Shown here piece by piece: positions 9,054-18,800 of a DNA stretch of 55,833 nucleotides. Location: the NCBI GenBank assembly GCA_026391975.1, contig JAPLDB010000070.1, forward strand, positions 1-55,833. Direction: 5' to 3'. Each line of letters begins with the position of its first letter. Positions within the stretch are counted from its first letter, which is position 1. This DNA comes from Bacteroidota bacterium (GTDB lineage: Bacteria; Bacteroidota; Bacteroidia; AKYH767-A; 2013-40CM-41-45). The notes beneath the pieces were generated by a model, which had not been told where the DNA came from, made no database searches, and saw only the letters and a program-made list of their open reading frames with translations. The position numbers and the translations under genes were made by a program.

Positions 9054-9203
9054 CATTTTATTGCTGCCGGTTTTCGCGCCTGGATTGTGCGGCTATGAGA
9101 CGCGGCAGATCTAATGAACGAATGTAGAAATAAGTTGCGAGGTTTTAAATGGCAGGTCTCTCAGCGATCTTGCTTTGGTTCGAAGAGCTGCCAGCAAATA
9201 ATG
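9054..9203. mobile_element. About 140-bp REP-doublet/MITE-like element, copy 2
   Basis: Direct, highly similar repeat of 6080-6234. Confidence 0.8.
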
Positions 9204-9292
9204 TGGTTTTCTGAATCAGACTTCCTTTGTCAGTTCTATAAACCCTCGAATCGAAAAAAGTTAATGCGTCAGCAAGGATTTTTATTGTTAAA

Positions 9293-9367
9293 TGGTGGTC
9301 CCGCCCGGAGTCGAACCGGGAACACAAGCTTCGGAGGCTCATATTATATCCATTTAACTACGGAACC
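9293..9367 (-). tRNA. tRNA-Arg (anticodon CCG), CCA encoded
   Basis: GGTTCCG/CGGGACC acceptor stem, CT-CCG-AA anticodon loop, GGTTCGACTCC T-loop and terminal ACCA. Confidence 0.95.
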
Positions 9368-9370
9368 ATA

Positions 9371-9509
9371 GGTGCGAATAACTAATGCTTGCGAATCAGC
9401 GAATTTTCGAATTGCGAATGAAGACCTTCAATTAAACCATTGACTCAAAATTGAAATTGTGATGCCTATGGCTTAATTCGAAAATTCGTAAGCATTAGTT
9501 ATTCGTACC
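9371..9509. repeat. CGAAT-unit inverted-repeat (MITE-like) element
   Basis: Left end GTGCGAATAACTAATGCTTGCGAAT matches the reverse complement of the right end, GTACGAATAACTAATGCTTACGAAT, at 23/25. Confidence 0.8.
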
Positions 9510-11912
9510 GACAGGCTGCAAAACTAAATGATTCTTGCAATCTCTTACTATTTCATTTTTATTCATCCACTCTGTCCTTGTTTTACATTGAATGAACATC
9601 TCCGCCTGGTCATCGTAATGTTTGCTCATCAGGTTTCCTGATTGACCTGTCGGTAAAATACTTTCACCGTGCTCAGGATCAGCGAAGTCTAATGTGCGCC
9701 GGAGGGCCGGGCCGAATTTTACTTTGTAAACGCCGTCAGCATATAAATCAAAACCAGCATTGTTCACTGTTTCGTTTCCGCCTGGATCAGGGAACGGACC
9801 AACATTGAAGAACTTGTTCAATGGTTTCTGCTTGCCAACAGGGTGCCCGTGTTCGAGTACATGCACACGGCCCCATTTCCAGGACTGAATATCATCACCC
9901 AACTGCTTTTGAAGTGCAGCAATCGCATTGTCAAAAGCGAGATCAAAAATTTCCCTGCGGGTTTCGGTTTTTTCTTTTGTTGTGATGTTGTCAAACCAGG
10001 CACTTGAATCATTCATCAGCATTGGTACAATGGAACTCTTTTCTATGTGTGTCTGCTGGAACAGGAAAAAATCTTTTTCGCCCAGCTCATCACCCATCAT
10101 GTTCCAGAGAACTTCATATTCCAGTTTATAAAAAATCGTAGGAGCAACATCTTCTGTTTGCATCCTGCCATCCCATGCTGTAAGGATTTCTACCGCTTTT
10201 TTTGAAAGATCAGATTTCGACTTTGCACTTTCACTTGTATTTGATACAATGAAATGTGCAAGATCTCCTGCAACAACAGATGTCACATTGCTGTTGAGCG
10301 TTTTCATGTCAGCAACGAAAAACTTTTTGTCCTGACTTAAAAAAGCTGTAACAACCCTTGCCCTGTCTTCAGGAGTAAAATATCCGGGAACTGAAATGCC
10401 TTCTACCGTATCGGGTGCATTGTTGCAAGTGTACACATAACCTGAAGATGGATTTATTGAATGCGGGTTTTCAGAAAAATCATAAAAGCCCAGCCAGTCA
10501 TCATTTCCTGATGAGCCGTCAAGCAAGAGTCTCGGTTCAACATGGGATGGCCGCTTCACAAGTTTGGCCGCTGTCCACCATGCTATATTTCCTGCATCAT
10601 CACCATATATTACGTTGAGACCGGGCGTGGCAAGCAATGAAATGCCATCACGGAATTCATTCATTGATTTTGATTTGGCCAGCTTGTAGGTGATCTCACA
10701 CAAGTTGCTCGGGAACTGCAACAGCGTCCAGCAGGCGGCTACCGGTGCAGATGTTACATCGGCAAAATCATGAATTACGTCATTACACACAGGCCCATGT
10801 GTTGTAGTGCGGCAGGTGAATTTCAGGTCACCGCTGTCTTTCACATGAATGACTTCTTCACATAATTCCATCGGCTTCCACTCATTCTTATACAAATATT
10901 GATTTCGATGGAGGGAGTCTGTCTTCTCTTCGAAAAAATCAAGGTCGTCATTTTCAAGTATCGTTAATCCCCATGCATGATCCTTCGTATGCGCGATTGC
11001 CGGAAATGGAAATCCTGCGAGGAAATTTCCATACAGGTTAAAGCCGGGGCATTCTAAATATGCTTCATACCAAACGCTTGGTTGCTGGTAGCCGATGTGT
11101 GTGTCATTTGCAAACAACACTTTTCCTGACTGTGACTTCGAAGGCGAAACAGCCCAGCAATTGCTTCCCATCCAGGGTTGAACAGGCATCTGACTGAAAA
11201 TATTTGAAACCGAACTGGTCTGTGGAGGAGTTGTGTTAACGGAATCGTAATTCACGGGCACGTGCAGCGTACCTGGGTAGGTTCCCAGCACAATATCCGT
11301 CAGGTATTTTTCGCCAAACTGTTTTTGGATCTTCGACATCAGCGGATCGGTACGGAATGCCATCTGGAAATTAAATGACATAAAATCCACAACGAGAAAC
11401 ATGTCATTGATCGTAAACTTTTCTTTTGGAATGCCGAGTAAGCGAAATTCAACAGGCGTCTTACCGTTTTCGATGTATTGATTAATTCCTGCGATATAAG
11501 CGACTGCATTTTTATAAAATTGTTGATCTTGTTGTTTTGAAAATTCTCTGGCACTCCATGCTGCATGCTGTGCAAGTCCCATCATCCTGAAAAATTTATC
11601 TACATCAATCATCGGACTGCCGAATAGCTCACTAAGGCGTCCGGCACCAACCCTTCGGATAAGTTCCATCTGAAACAGGCGTTCCTGTGCATGCACATAT
11701 CCAAGTGCGCAAAAAACATCTTCTTCGTTATTTCCAAAAATGTGGGGCACTCCGAAATCGTCAAAGTACACATCCACTTTTTCGCTGATGTTTCTGATAG
11801 GGAGCGTGCCGTTGTAAACAGGTTTTTGCGTGAGCAGAAAAATGTAAATGGCACCAACTGCAACAACAATAAATATTAGTAAGGAAAAAAAAATGCGCTT
11901 GAAATATTTCAT
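9495..11912 (-). CDS. Penicillin acylase family (S45, Ntn-hydrolase) protein
   Basis: DDFGVPHI, GYVHAQERLFQM and the GSNCWAV...ANDTH autocleavage motif. Confidence 0.92.
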   Translation of the reverse strand: MKYFKRIFFSLLIFIVVAVGAIYIFLLTQKPVYNGTLPIRNISEKVDVYFDDFGVPHIFGNNEEDVFCALGYVHAQERLFQMELIRRVGAGRLSELFGSPMIDVDKFFRMMGLAQHAAWSAREFSKQQDQQFYKNAVAYIAGINQYIENGKTPVEFRLLGIPKEKFTINDMFLVVDFMSFNFQMAFRTDPLMSKIQKQFGEKYLTDIVLGTYPGTLHVPVNYDSVNTTPPQTSSVSNIFSQMPVQPWMGSNCWAVSPSKSQSGKVLFANDTHIGYQQPSVWYEAYLECPGFNLYGNFLAGFPFPAIAHTKDHAWGLTILENDDLDFFEEKTDSLHRNQYLYKNEWKPMELCEEVIHVKDSGDLKFTCRTTTHGPVCNDVIHDFADVTSAPVAACWTLLQFPSNLCEITYKLAKSKSMNEFRDGISLLATPGLNVIYGDDAGNIAWWTAAKLVKRPSHVEPRLLLDGSSGNDDWLGFYDFSENPHSINPSSGYVYTCNNAPDTVEGISVPGYFTPEDRARVVTAFLSQDKKFFVADMKTLNSNVTSVVAGDLAHFIVSNTSESAKSKSDLSKKAVEILTAWDGRMQTEDVAPTIFYKLEYEVLWNMMGDELGEKDFFLFQQTHIEKSSIVPMLMNDSSAWFDNITTKEKTETRREIFDLAFDNAIAALQKQLGDDIQSWKWGRVHVLEHGHPVGKQKPLNKFFNVGPFPDPGGNETVNNAGFDLYADGVYKVKFGPALRRTLDFADPEHGESILPTGQSGNLMSKHYDDQAEMFIQCKTRTEWMNKNEIVRDCKNHLVLQPVGTNN

Positions 11913-11918
11913 TGGAAG

Positions 11919-12653
11919 TTACTCATTTTCTTTCTTCATCCTGTTCAGAAAACTCATCAGCGCAGCCCAGTAATCCTGGTTTTCAGGTTTCGACGACCAT
12001 AATACTTTGGAGCCATGATCACCTTCTCCCTTAGGAATAAACTGAACTTTAACGAGTGATATAATATCTTTCGACAGCTCTGTTACCCCGGGAGCTTCTT
12101 CTTTTGAAGATGTGAGAAAAACGGGTTTCTTCAGTCCGTTCACATGTGTGGCAATGAAATTCTCCCCATCAAAATATTCTCCCGGACTAAAAGCAACAGC
12201 AGCAAAGACGTGGTCATTTTCATTTGCAACTTTTAATGCAAGTGATGCGGAGTAAGAACTTCCCAGTAGAATAATTCTTCTTTTGTATTTGGAATACAAC
12301 CATTCAACGGCTGCGGTGATGTCCTGTTCGGCATTGATGAATGTAAGCACCTTCTTTTTATCCTTTGCATCTTTTGCTGTTTCATTCACGACGCCATTTA
12401 CTTCGACTCCAACCCGCTGATCGATGGCCAGGCAGTTGAATCCAAGCTTATTCAGTTTCACAGCTGTTTCGATGTATTCGCCCCTGCTGAATCCATTCTG
12501 ATGACAAAGCAGGATGGTTTGGCTTTCGGAGTTAACAGGATACCAATCGGCAGTGATGGCCACATCGTCCTTTGAAGGGAAGGTGATTTTCAACTGTGCG
12601 ATTGCTGAACTTGTAGTGGCTAAAAATAAAACAATAAGAATATTTGTCCTCAT
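11919..12653 (-). CDS. Secreted alpha/beta hydrolase (dienelactone-hydrolase-like)
   Basis: Signal peptide, GSSYSA nucleophile elbow and C-terminal HGS. Confidence 0.75.
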   Translation of the reverse strand: MRTNILIVLFLATTSSAIAQLKITFPSKDDVAITADWYPVNSESQTILLCHQNGFSRGEYIETAVKLNKLGFNCLAIDQRVGVEVNGVVNETAKDAKDKKKVLTFINAEQDITAAVEWLYSKYKRRIILLGSSYSASLALKVANENDHVFAAVAFSPGEYFDGENFIATHVNGLKKPVFLTSSKEEAPGVTELSKDIISLVKVQFIPKGEGDHGSKVLWSSKPENQDYWAALMSFLNRMKKENE

Positions 12654-12700
12654 CTCCTTGCGGAATATTATTAAGAATGCAATTTAAAACATATTCCTGA

Positions 12701-13270
12701 TTATTGCTGATCAAGTATTTTTTCGATCACCTTCGGGTAATGTTCATGCTCTAAGTTGTGAATTTTTGCGGCCAGTGTTTCAGCAGTTTCGTTTACATCT
12801 ATATCACAGGTTGCCTGAAAAATGATCTTGCCCTCATCAAATTTTTCGTTCACAAAATGGATGGTGATCCCGGATTTTTTATCGCCTGATTTGATCACAG
12901 ATTCGTGCACTTTAGCTCCGTAGAACCCCTTACCTCCATGTTGTGGAAGCAAGGCAGGGTGGATGTTAATGATCTTTCCGGAGTATTTTTTTATGAGCGA
13001 TTCAGGAACAAGCCAGAGAAATCCTGCCAGTACTATCAGGTCAATTTGAAGGCGTTGCAGAAGCTTTTCAATCTTGTCCGATCCGTAAAAGTCCTCTTTA
13101 GAAAAAATAAAAGAGGGTGTATGGAGGTTTTTTGCGCGTTCTATTACGACTGCCCTGGGATTATTGGTCAACACTACCTCGGTAATCGCTTTTCCATTGT
13201 TTTTGAAGTGACGGATGATCTGTTCTGCATTTGTTCCCGAACCGGAGGCAAAAATGGCGATGCGTTTCAT
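12701..13270 (-). CDS. purN: Phosphoribosylglycinamide formyltransferase
   Basis: IAIFASGSGTN, INIHPALLP and SGITIHFV..FDEG motifs. Confidence 0.95.
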   Translation of the reverse strand: MKRIAIFASGSGTNAEQIIRHFKNNGKAITEVVLTNNPRAVVIERAKNLHTPSFIFSKEDFYGSDKIEKLLQRLQIDLIVLAGFLWLVPESLIKKYSGKIINIHPALLPQHGGKGFYGAKVHESVIKSGDKKSGITIHFVNEKFDEGKIIFQATCDIDVNETAETLAAKIHNLEHEHYPKVIEKILDQQ

Positions 13271-13371
13271 TGATGGCCCAAAAATAGTTTTTAGTATCAA
13301 ACCATCTATTATTTAACATTAAGTTTACATGGAAAAAATTTCTCTACTTTGGCACAATAAACCAAAATCAC

Positions 13372-14019
13372 ATGTCAGCAAATTCATTTTTTCAGTTATT
13401 AATACCCAAGGACAGAAAATTCTATCCTTTATTCGAAGAAGCATCAGCCAACCTCGTTGCGATCGCGAAAGTATTACAGGAAATGCTTGTCACAACCAAC
13501 GTTGAAAAGCGCATTCTGCTTATACGCCAGATAGAGAAATTAGAACATACAGGTGATGATATAACGCATCGTATTTTCAAAGAAGTGGGAATGACATTTA
13601 TCACTCCTTTCGACAGGGAAGATATTCAACGTCTGGCTTCAGTACTGGATGATATTCTTGATTTTATTCATGGTGCTGCCAAAAGGGTGGAGTTATATAA
13701 AGTGGACCCCATTCATCCTGCAATGATTAAATTGTCTGATCTGATTTTGCAAAGCTCAGAGCAAGTGAACATTGCAGTGTGTGGACTCCGCAACAGACGC
13801 AATTATACCAAGGTTCGGGAAGCACTCGTAAAGATTAACAGTCTGGAAAACCATGCTGATGATGTATTCGACAATGCTGTTGCAAGATTATTCGAAGACA
13901 ATGTAAGTGCGATTGAGGTTATAAAAGTGAAAGAAGTATTATCTGCTTTAGAAACGGCAACAGATAAATGTGAAGATGCTGCCAATGTGATGGAATCGGT
14001 GATTGTTAAATTTTCATAA
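13372..14019 (+). CDS. DUF47/PhoU-like phosphate transport regulator
   Basis: LEHTGD, TFITPFDREDI and LETATDKCEDAA motifs; directly upstream of a PiT transporter. Confidence 0.9.
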   Translation: MSANSFFQLLIPKDRKFYPLFEEASANLVAIAKVLQEMLVTTNVEKRILLIRQIEKLEHTGDDITHRIFKEVGMTFITPFDREDIQRLASVLDDILDFIHGAAKRVELYKVDPIHPAMIKLSDLILQSSEQVNIAVCGLRNRRNYTKVREALVKINSLENHADDVFDNAVARLFEDNVSAIEVIKVKEVLSALETATDKCEDAANVMESVIVKFS

Positions 14020-14052
14020 GGCATTTGTTTTTCATCTGCAAAAAATAAAATT

Positions 14053-15039
14053 ATGACATTATTCGTAGTCGTTGTAATACTGGCGCTCGTCTTTGATTTC
14101 ATCAACGGATTTCATGATGCAGCCAACTCGATAGCCACCATTGTTTCTACAAAGGTTCTTTCTCCGCTCACTGCCGTTTTATGGGCAGCAGGATTTAACT
14201 TTCTGGCTTTCTGGTTATTTAAACTGAAGGTAGCTGATACTGTTTCCAAGACTGTACAAACCAATGCCATTACACTTGAAGTTATTCTTTGCGGAATAAT
14301 CGCTGCAATAATCTGGAATTTATTCACCTGGTGGAGGGGAATTCCCTCCAGCTCCTCGCACACCCTGATTGGCGGTTTTGCAGGAGCAGCCATTGCTCAT
14401 GCCGGATGGAGTGTAGTGAAAATGGATAAAGTGACTCCGGTTCTCGAATTTATTTTACTTGCACCAATCATTGGATTGCTGGTCTCGTATTTTATTTCCG
14501 TTCTCATGCTACACTTATTTAAACGGGCCAATCCTCACAAAGTCAATAAGCTCTTTCATGTTCTTCAACTCGCATCTTCGGCTGCATTCAGTTTAGGGCA
14601 TGGTGGTAACGATGCGCAAAAAGTGATGGGAATTATAGGTGCTGCCATGATTGTGAACGGAACAATAACGGATGTTAATTCATTGCCTGCCTGGGTTGAA
14701 ATTGCATGTTATACTTCTATTGCTTTTGGTACGCTATTCGGTGGATGGCGCATTGTAAAAACGATGGGAAGTAAGATTACGAAGCTCGCACCTTTTGAAG
14801 GATTTGCTGCGGAAACTGCAGGCGCCATAACACTTTTCAGTACCGGTGCGCTCGGAATTCCTGTGAGCACCACGCATACAATTACAGGTGCCATCATTGG
14901 CGTTGGTATTACAAAACGTGTTTCTGCGGTGAGATGGGGAGTTACGATTGACCTGATCTGGGCATGGGTGCTCACCATACCGGTTTCAGGATTGCTTGGC
15001 GCAATTATCTATCATGTGGTTAAGCTGTTTCTGAAATAA
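14053..15039 (+). CDS. PiT-family inorganic phosphate transporter
   Basis: NGFHDAANSIAT and HGGNDAQK PHO4 signatures. Confidence 0.95.
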   Translation: MTLFVVVVILALVFDFINGFHDAANSIATIVSTKVLSPLTAVLWAAGFNFLAFWLFKLKVADTVSKTVQTNAITLEVILCGIIAAIIWNLFTWWRGIPSSSSHTLIGGFAGAAIAHAGWSVVKMDKVTPVLEFILLAPIIGLLVSYFISVLMLHLFKRANPHKVNKLFHVLQLASSAAFSLGHGGNDAQKVMGIIGAAMIVNGTITDVNSLPAWVEIACYTSIAFGTLFGGWRIVKTMGSKITKLAPFEGFAAETAGAITLFSTGALGIPVSTTHTITGAIIGVGITKRVSAVRWGVTIDLIWAWVLTIPVSGLLGAIIYHVVKLFLK

Positions 15040-15050
15040 AGCGTTCTTCT

Positions 15051-15674
15051 TTATTGTTTGCCTGAATTAACCAGGCATCTCGGTACATTCCATTTCCACG
15101 AATATTTTTTCAGGTCTATGATGTTATTCTTGCAATCCATGGAGTTACCCAATGCATCTTTCATAATGACTTTCATTTCACCTACAAGAATTTTGGTACA
15201 AATCAATTTTTGAAGTTCTTCTTTTGAAATCGTTTTATTTTTCCTGCCGATTTCCAGTCCTTTTTTATTGTTGAACAGATCCATAGATCCTGCAATAGAA
15301 TCAGAAAAATATTCTTCACCGCTTCGGTGTTTTTTAAAGTCAATGTAATTACCGCGTTCATGTGCTTTGCCAAGTGAATATGCTTTGCGCCAACACATCT
15401 CCTGCGCCAACCGTGCCATCCAGTATGAATGACGAAATGCATCCACCTGTCCGCCATCGGGATCATGATCAAGGAGCGTATCCTGTTCCATTTCTTTTGA
15501 AATGCTTCTTGCTTCTCGCGAAATGTTGTATGCCTTCTTTGCCACGAAGGGATGAAGTACCACCCACCATTTTTCAGGGCGGGATATTTTTTTGAATTCG
15601 GAGGCCGGAAATTGTGAGAATGAAATCAGCGGCAGGAAAAGGATGACAATAATTATGCGGCTATTATATTGCAT
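15051..15674 (-). CDS. Secreted hypothetical protein (DUF6973-like)
   Basis: Signal peptide and DAFRHSYW...AHE...MDLFNN motif. Confidence 0.6.
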   Translation of the reverse strand: MQYNSRIIIVILFLPLISFSQFPASEFKKISRPEKWWVVLHPFVAKKAYNISREARSISKEMEQDTLLDHDPDGGQVDAFRHSYWMARLAQEMCWRKAYSLGKAHERGNYIDFKKHRSGEEYFSDSIAGSMDLFNNKKGLEIGRKNKTISKEELQKLICTKILVGEMKVIMKDALGNSMDCKNNIIDLKKYSWKWNVPRCLVNSGKQ

Positions 15675-15676
15675 AA

Positions 15677-15737
15677 ATGACCTAATGACCTAATGACCTA
15701 TTGACCTAATGACCTGAAGACCTGATGACCTGATGAC
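15677..15737. repeat. Octamer tandem repeat (ATGACCTR, about 7.6 copies)
   Basis: Read directly from the sequence. Confidence 0.9.
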
Positions 15738-15816
15738 GGCTGCTCCCGGCTGTTTCTCTGACCAATAAGGGCTGTTATTCCTTTCCCCCTTCGGGGGCCA
15801 GGGGGCCGGCTGCTCT

Positions 15817-18800
15817 TCACTTCTCATCCCGAATCACCTCTATCCATCCATGATAATTCCGCTTCCGCGTTTCAAGGATATAATAGAAAACATCTGCCTT
15901 TAGTCCGTGGGCATCCCAGTCGTTCTTGTAATCATCAGAGGTATAAACAAGCAATCCCCACCTGTCCCAAATTTTTATTTTGCTTCCCTGAGGAAGATTT
16001 TTGATGACGAAAAAATCATTGTATCCCGGAGTTCCCGGATAAGGTGTAAAAACATTTGGAATAATAAACGGCTCAAAGTCGATAACGAAAAAGTCTGTTG
16101 CTGTTCCGCATGGTCCGGTTACAACGACAGTGATCACAACTGAATCCAGGGAATAGTCATCAGCGCTTGGAATATAAACGCCGGCTACGTCGGAATCATT
16201 TGGAGAAAAAGTTCCGGAACCACTGGTTGTAAAATTGACAGATGTAGTATAGCCGCTAACTGTGGCAAGCGGAATTTGAACACCGCTTCCATCACTGATC
16301 AATGTATCAGGACGGGTATTTACGAATGGTGGTTGGCTGAAAAACAACTGCATCGTGTCTGTCAGGTTAAGGCAAGCACCGGTTGCATATGCCACAATGA
16401 ATGTTGAACCTGCTGCTGTGTCGTTCGGTCCCGGAATATAGATTGTGCTTTGCTGAGTGCTGCCTGAAAAAGTTCCGTCACCAAGGGTGTTCCAGTACAT
16501 CTGCCCGGCATTAAGGACAGAACCGGTTAGCGGAATAGAATCACTCAGACATGAAATTAAATCAGTGCCTGCATTCGGAATACCCGGAGGTATCACATGA
16601 ATTGTTACAGATTCTGTATCGGGACAATTGAAAGAATTATTTACGATAACTGTAAAAACAGAATCTGCAGTCGGACTTGCAAAGATCGTTGGTGTAAGCG
16701 CCCCATTGTTGGTCCAGTTGTAGGTTCCGCCTCCGGTAGCAGTGATGGAGGTTACGCTTCCCCAGCAAATTGTATCTGGAAGAGCGGTGATGATTGTATT
16801 TGGCGCCGGCACTACAGTCAATACAACGTGTGCAGAATCACTTCCGCAACTTGCCGATGTCAGTATCATAGTGAGGCTTACTACACCTGAATCGGATGGT
16901 CCCGGAATGTAAACCGGAGAAGCGATGGTGGTGTCGCTGAAAGCTCCATTCCCTGATGTTGTCCAATGTATTGTTCCTGCTGTTGCTGTACCTGTGATCT
17001 GCAATGGAATATTTCTGCACAAAGAAGCAGAATCAGGAGTCGCCGTTGCCACAGGAAGCGGAGCCATGCTGACACTGAAATTTGAGATGGCGCTGGCACA
17101 TCCATATTGATTGATGGCGATTAGTGTGATCATTCCGGAAGTTGCTGTTGTATCCCAGTTGACCGATATGCTGTCAGTATTCAGTCCGCTCACAATTGTT
17201 CCACCGGTTACAGTCCAGCTGTAGGTTACACCGCCAACCAGCGGACTGTTGTAAACCTGCATCGTATCACCTGCGCAAACTGTTGCTGCTCCAAGGATTG
17301 CAGGTGTTGGCGGAATCGGGAAAATATAAACGGTCATTAGCACAGATGTACCGGTGCAGCCTGCAGCATTGGTTTCATTTACCTGAAGGGTTCCTGTTCC
17401 TGAAGAACCCCATTGAATGCTCACTACATTATTTGTATTGCTTCCCGAAATGGTACCATTGGTAACACTCCAGTTGTAAGTTGAGCCTGCATTGGGCGTT
17501 ACGAAGTATGTTGTCAGGCTGTTCTCGCAAACAGAATCTTGTCCGCTGATGGGAGAAGTGACAGGAAGAGGATTGATTGTTACAGAAATTGTTTGTGGAA
17601 TTCCCGGACAACCGAATGCATTGGTGTCAACAACAGAAATTGTTCCGGTGCCCGTTGAATCCCAATTGACAGTTATGGAATCATTGCCTTGTCCCTGTGT
17701 GATCGTACCATTGGTGATCGTCCATGTATAATTTCCATTTGGCGGAGTCACGGAATAGACAAGCCCTGTCGCACTGTCGCAAACGCTCTGCAGACCATTT
17801 ATCGGTGATGTCTGCGGAGTCGGATTCACAGTGATGGTAATGGTATCTGATGCTGAACAACTGCTAATGGTTCCTGTAACAATATACTGGTACGGTGAGC
17901 CGGCTGCTGTTAGGCCTGTAACGTTGATAGAGGATGTTGTATCTCCGCCGGGGTTCCACAAAAAACTGTTTGCTCCGCTTGCAGACAGCGTTGTTGAGTC
18001 ACCTTCGCAAATGGTTGGATCAGTTGATATCGTTAATGTTACTCCAGTTACAACGGTAACGGTTTGGTTTACCCGTTTGACACAACCGGAGACGGCATCA
18101 GTAACAAGAATTGAAAAAGTATAAATGCCTGCCCCACAGGAAGTGAAATCAAATACCTGTGAATCGGAATTGGCTGTATTCGGAGTTACGCATGAAGGAA
18201 TGGTATCCCATAAAAAAGTAGATCCCGGACTTGCTCCGGAAATAGTGATCGTCGATTGCAATACCGGATCACTGGTGCAGATGAATGGATTGGCTGCTGC
18301 AATGGAAGGTGTAGGATAAACCGATACTGTATCTGCAAATGTTGAATCGCACCCCAGTGTATCTGTAACGGTGAGATAAAAAATAGTTGCTGTGCTTATG
18401 GTCGCAGTTGTAATCAGCGCAGTTGTATCTGCAAAGACTGCAGATGGATTATTGGAAGTCCAGAGATAAGTAGTTCCGGTGGTAGTATCGCTGCCTGTCC
18501 CGTCAAGAAGGATGGTTGTACTGGTTGCATCACAAATGAGATTTGGCGTACCCGCAGCAACAGCGGCAGGTAATGGATTTTGTATCGCAATTGCAGATGC
18601 CGTATCTGCACATCCGGTTGAAGGGTCTGTAACAATGAGGACAAAAGAATCACTTGTGCAGATGAATGAAGTTGCATCAATCTGATTTGAATTGCTGATA
18701 CCATTGCCGGAAGTGCTTGTCCAGTTATAATTCATCCCCGGAGTACTGAGTATCCCGGTTAGATTAACAGTTGCGCAACCGCAGAACAAAGGAATGAGTG

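Noticed and set aside
2610-9293. Integrase-type island at tRNA-Arg
   Set aside because: I found no duplicated tRNA 3' end and no integrase by eye.
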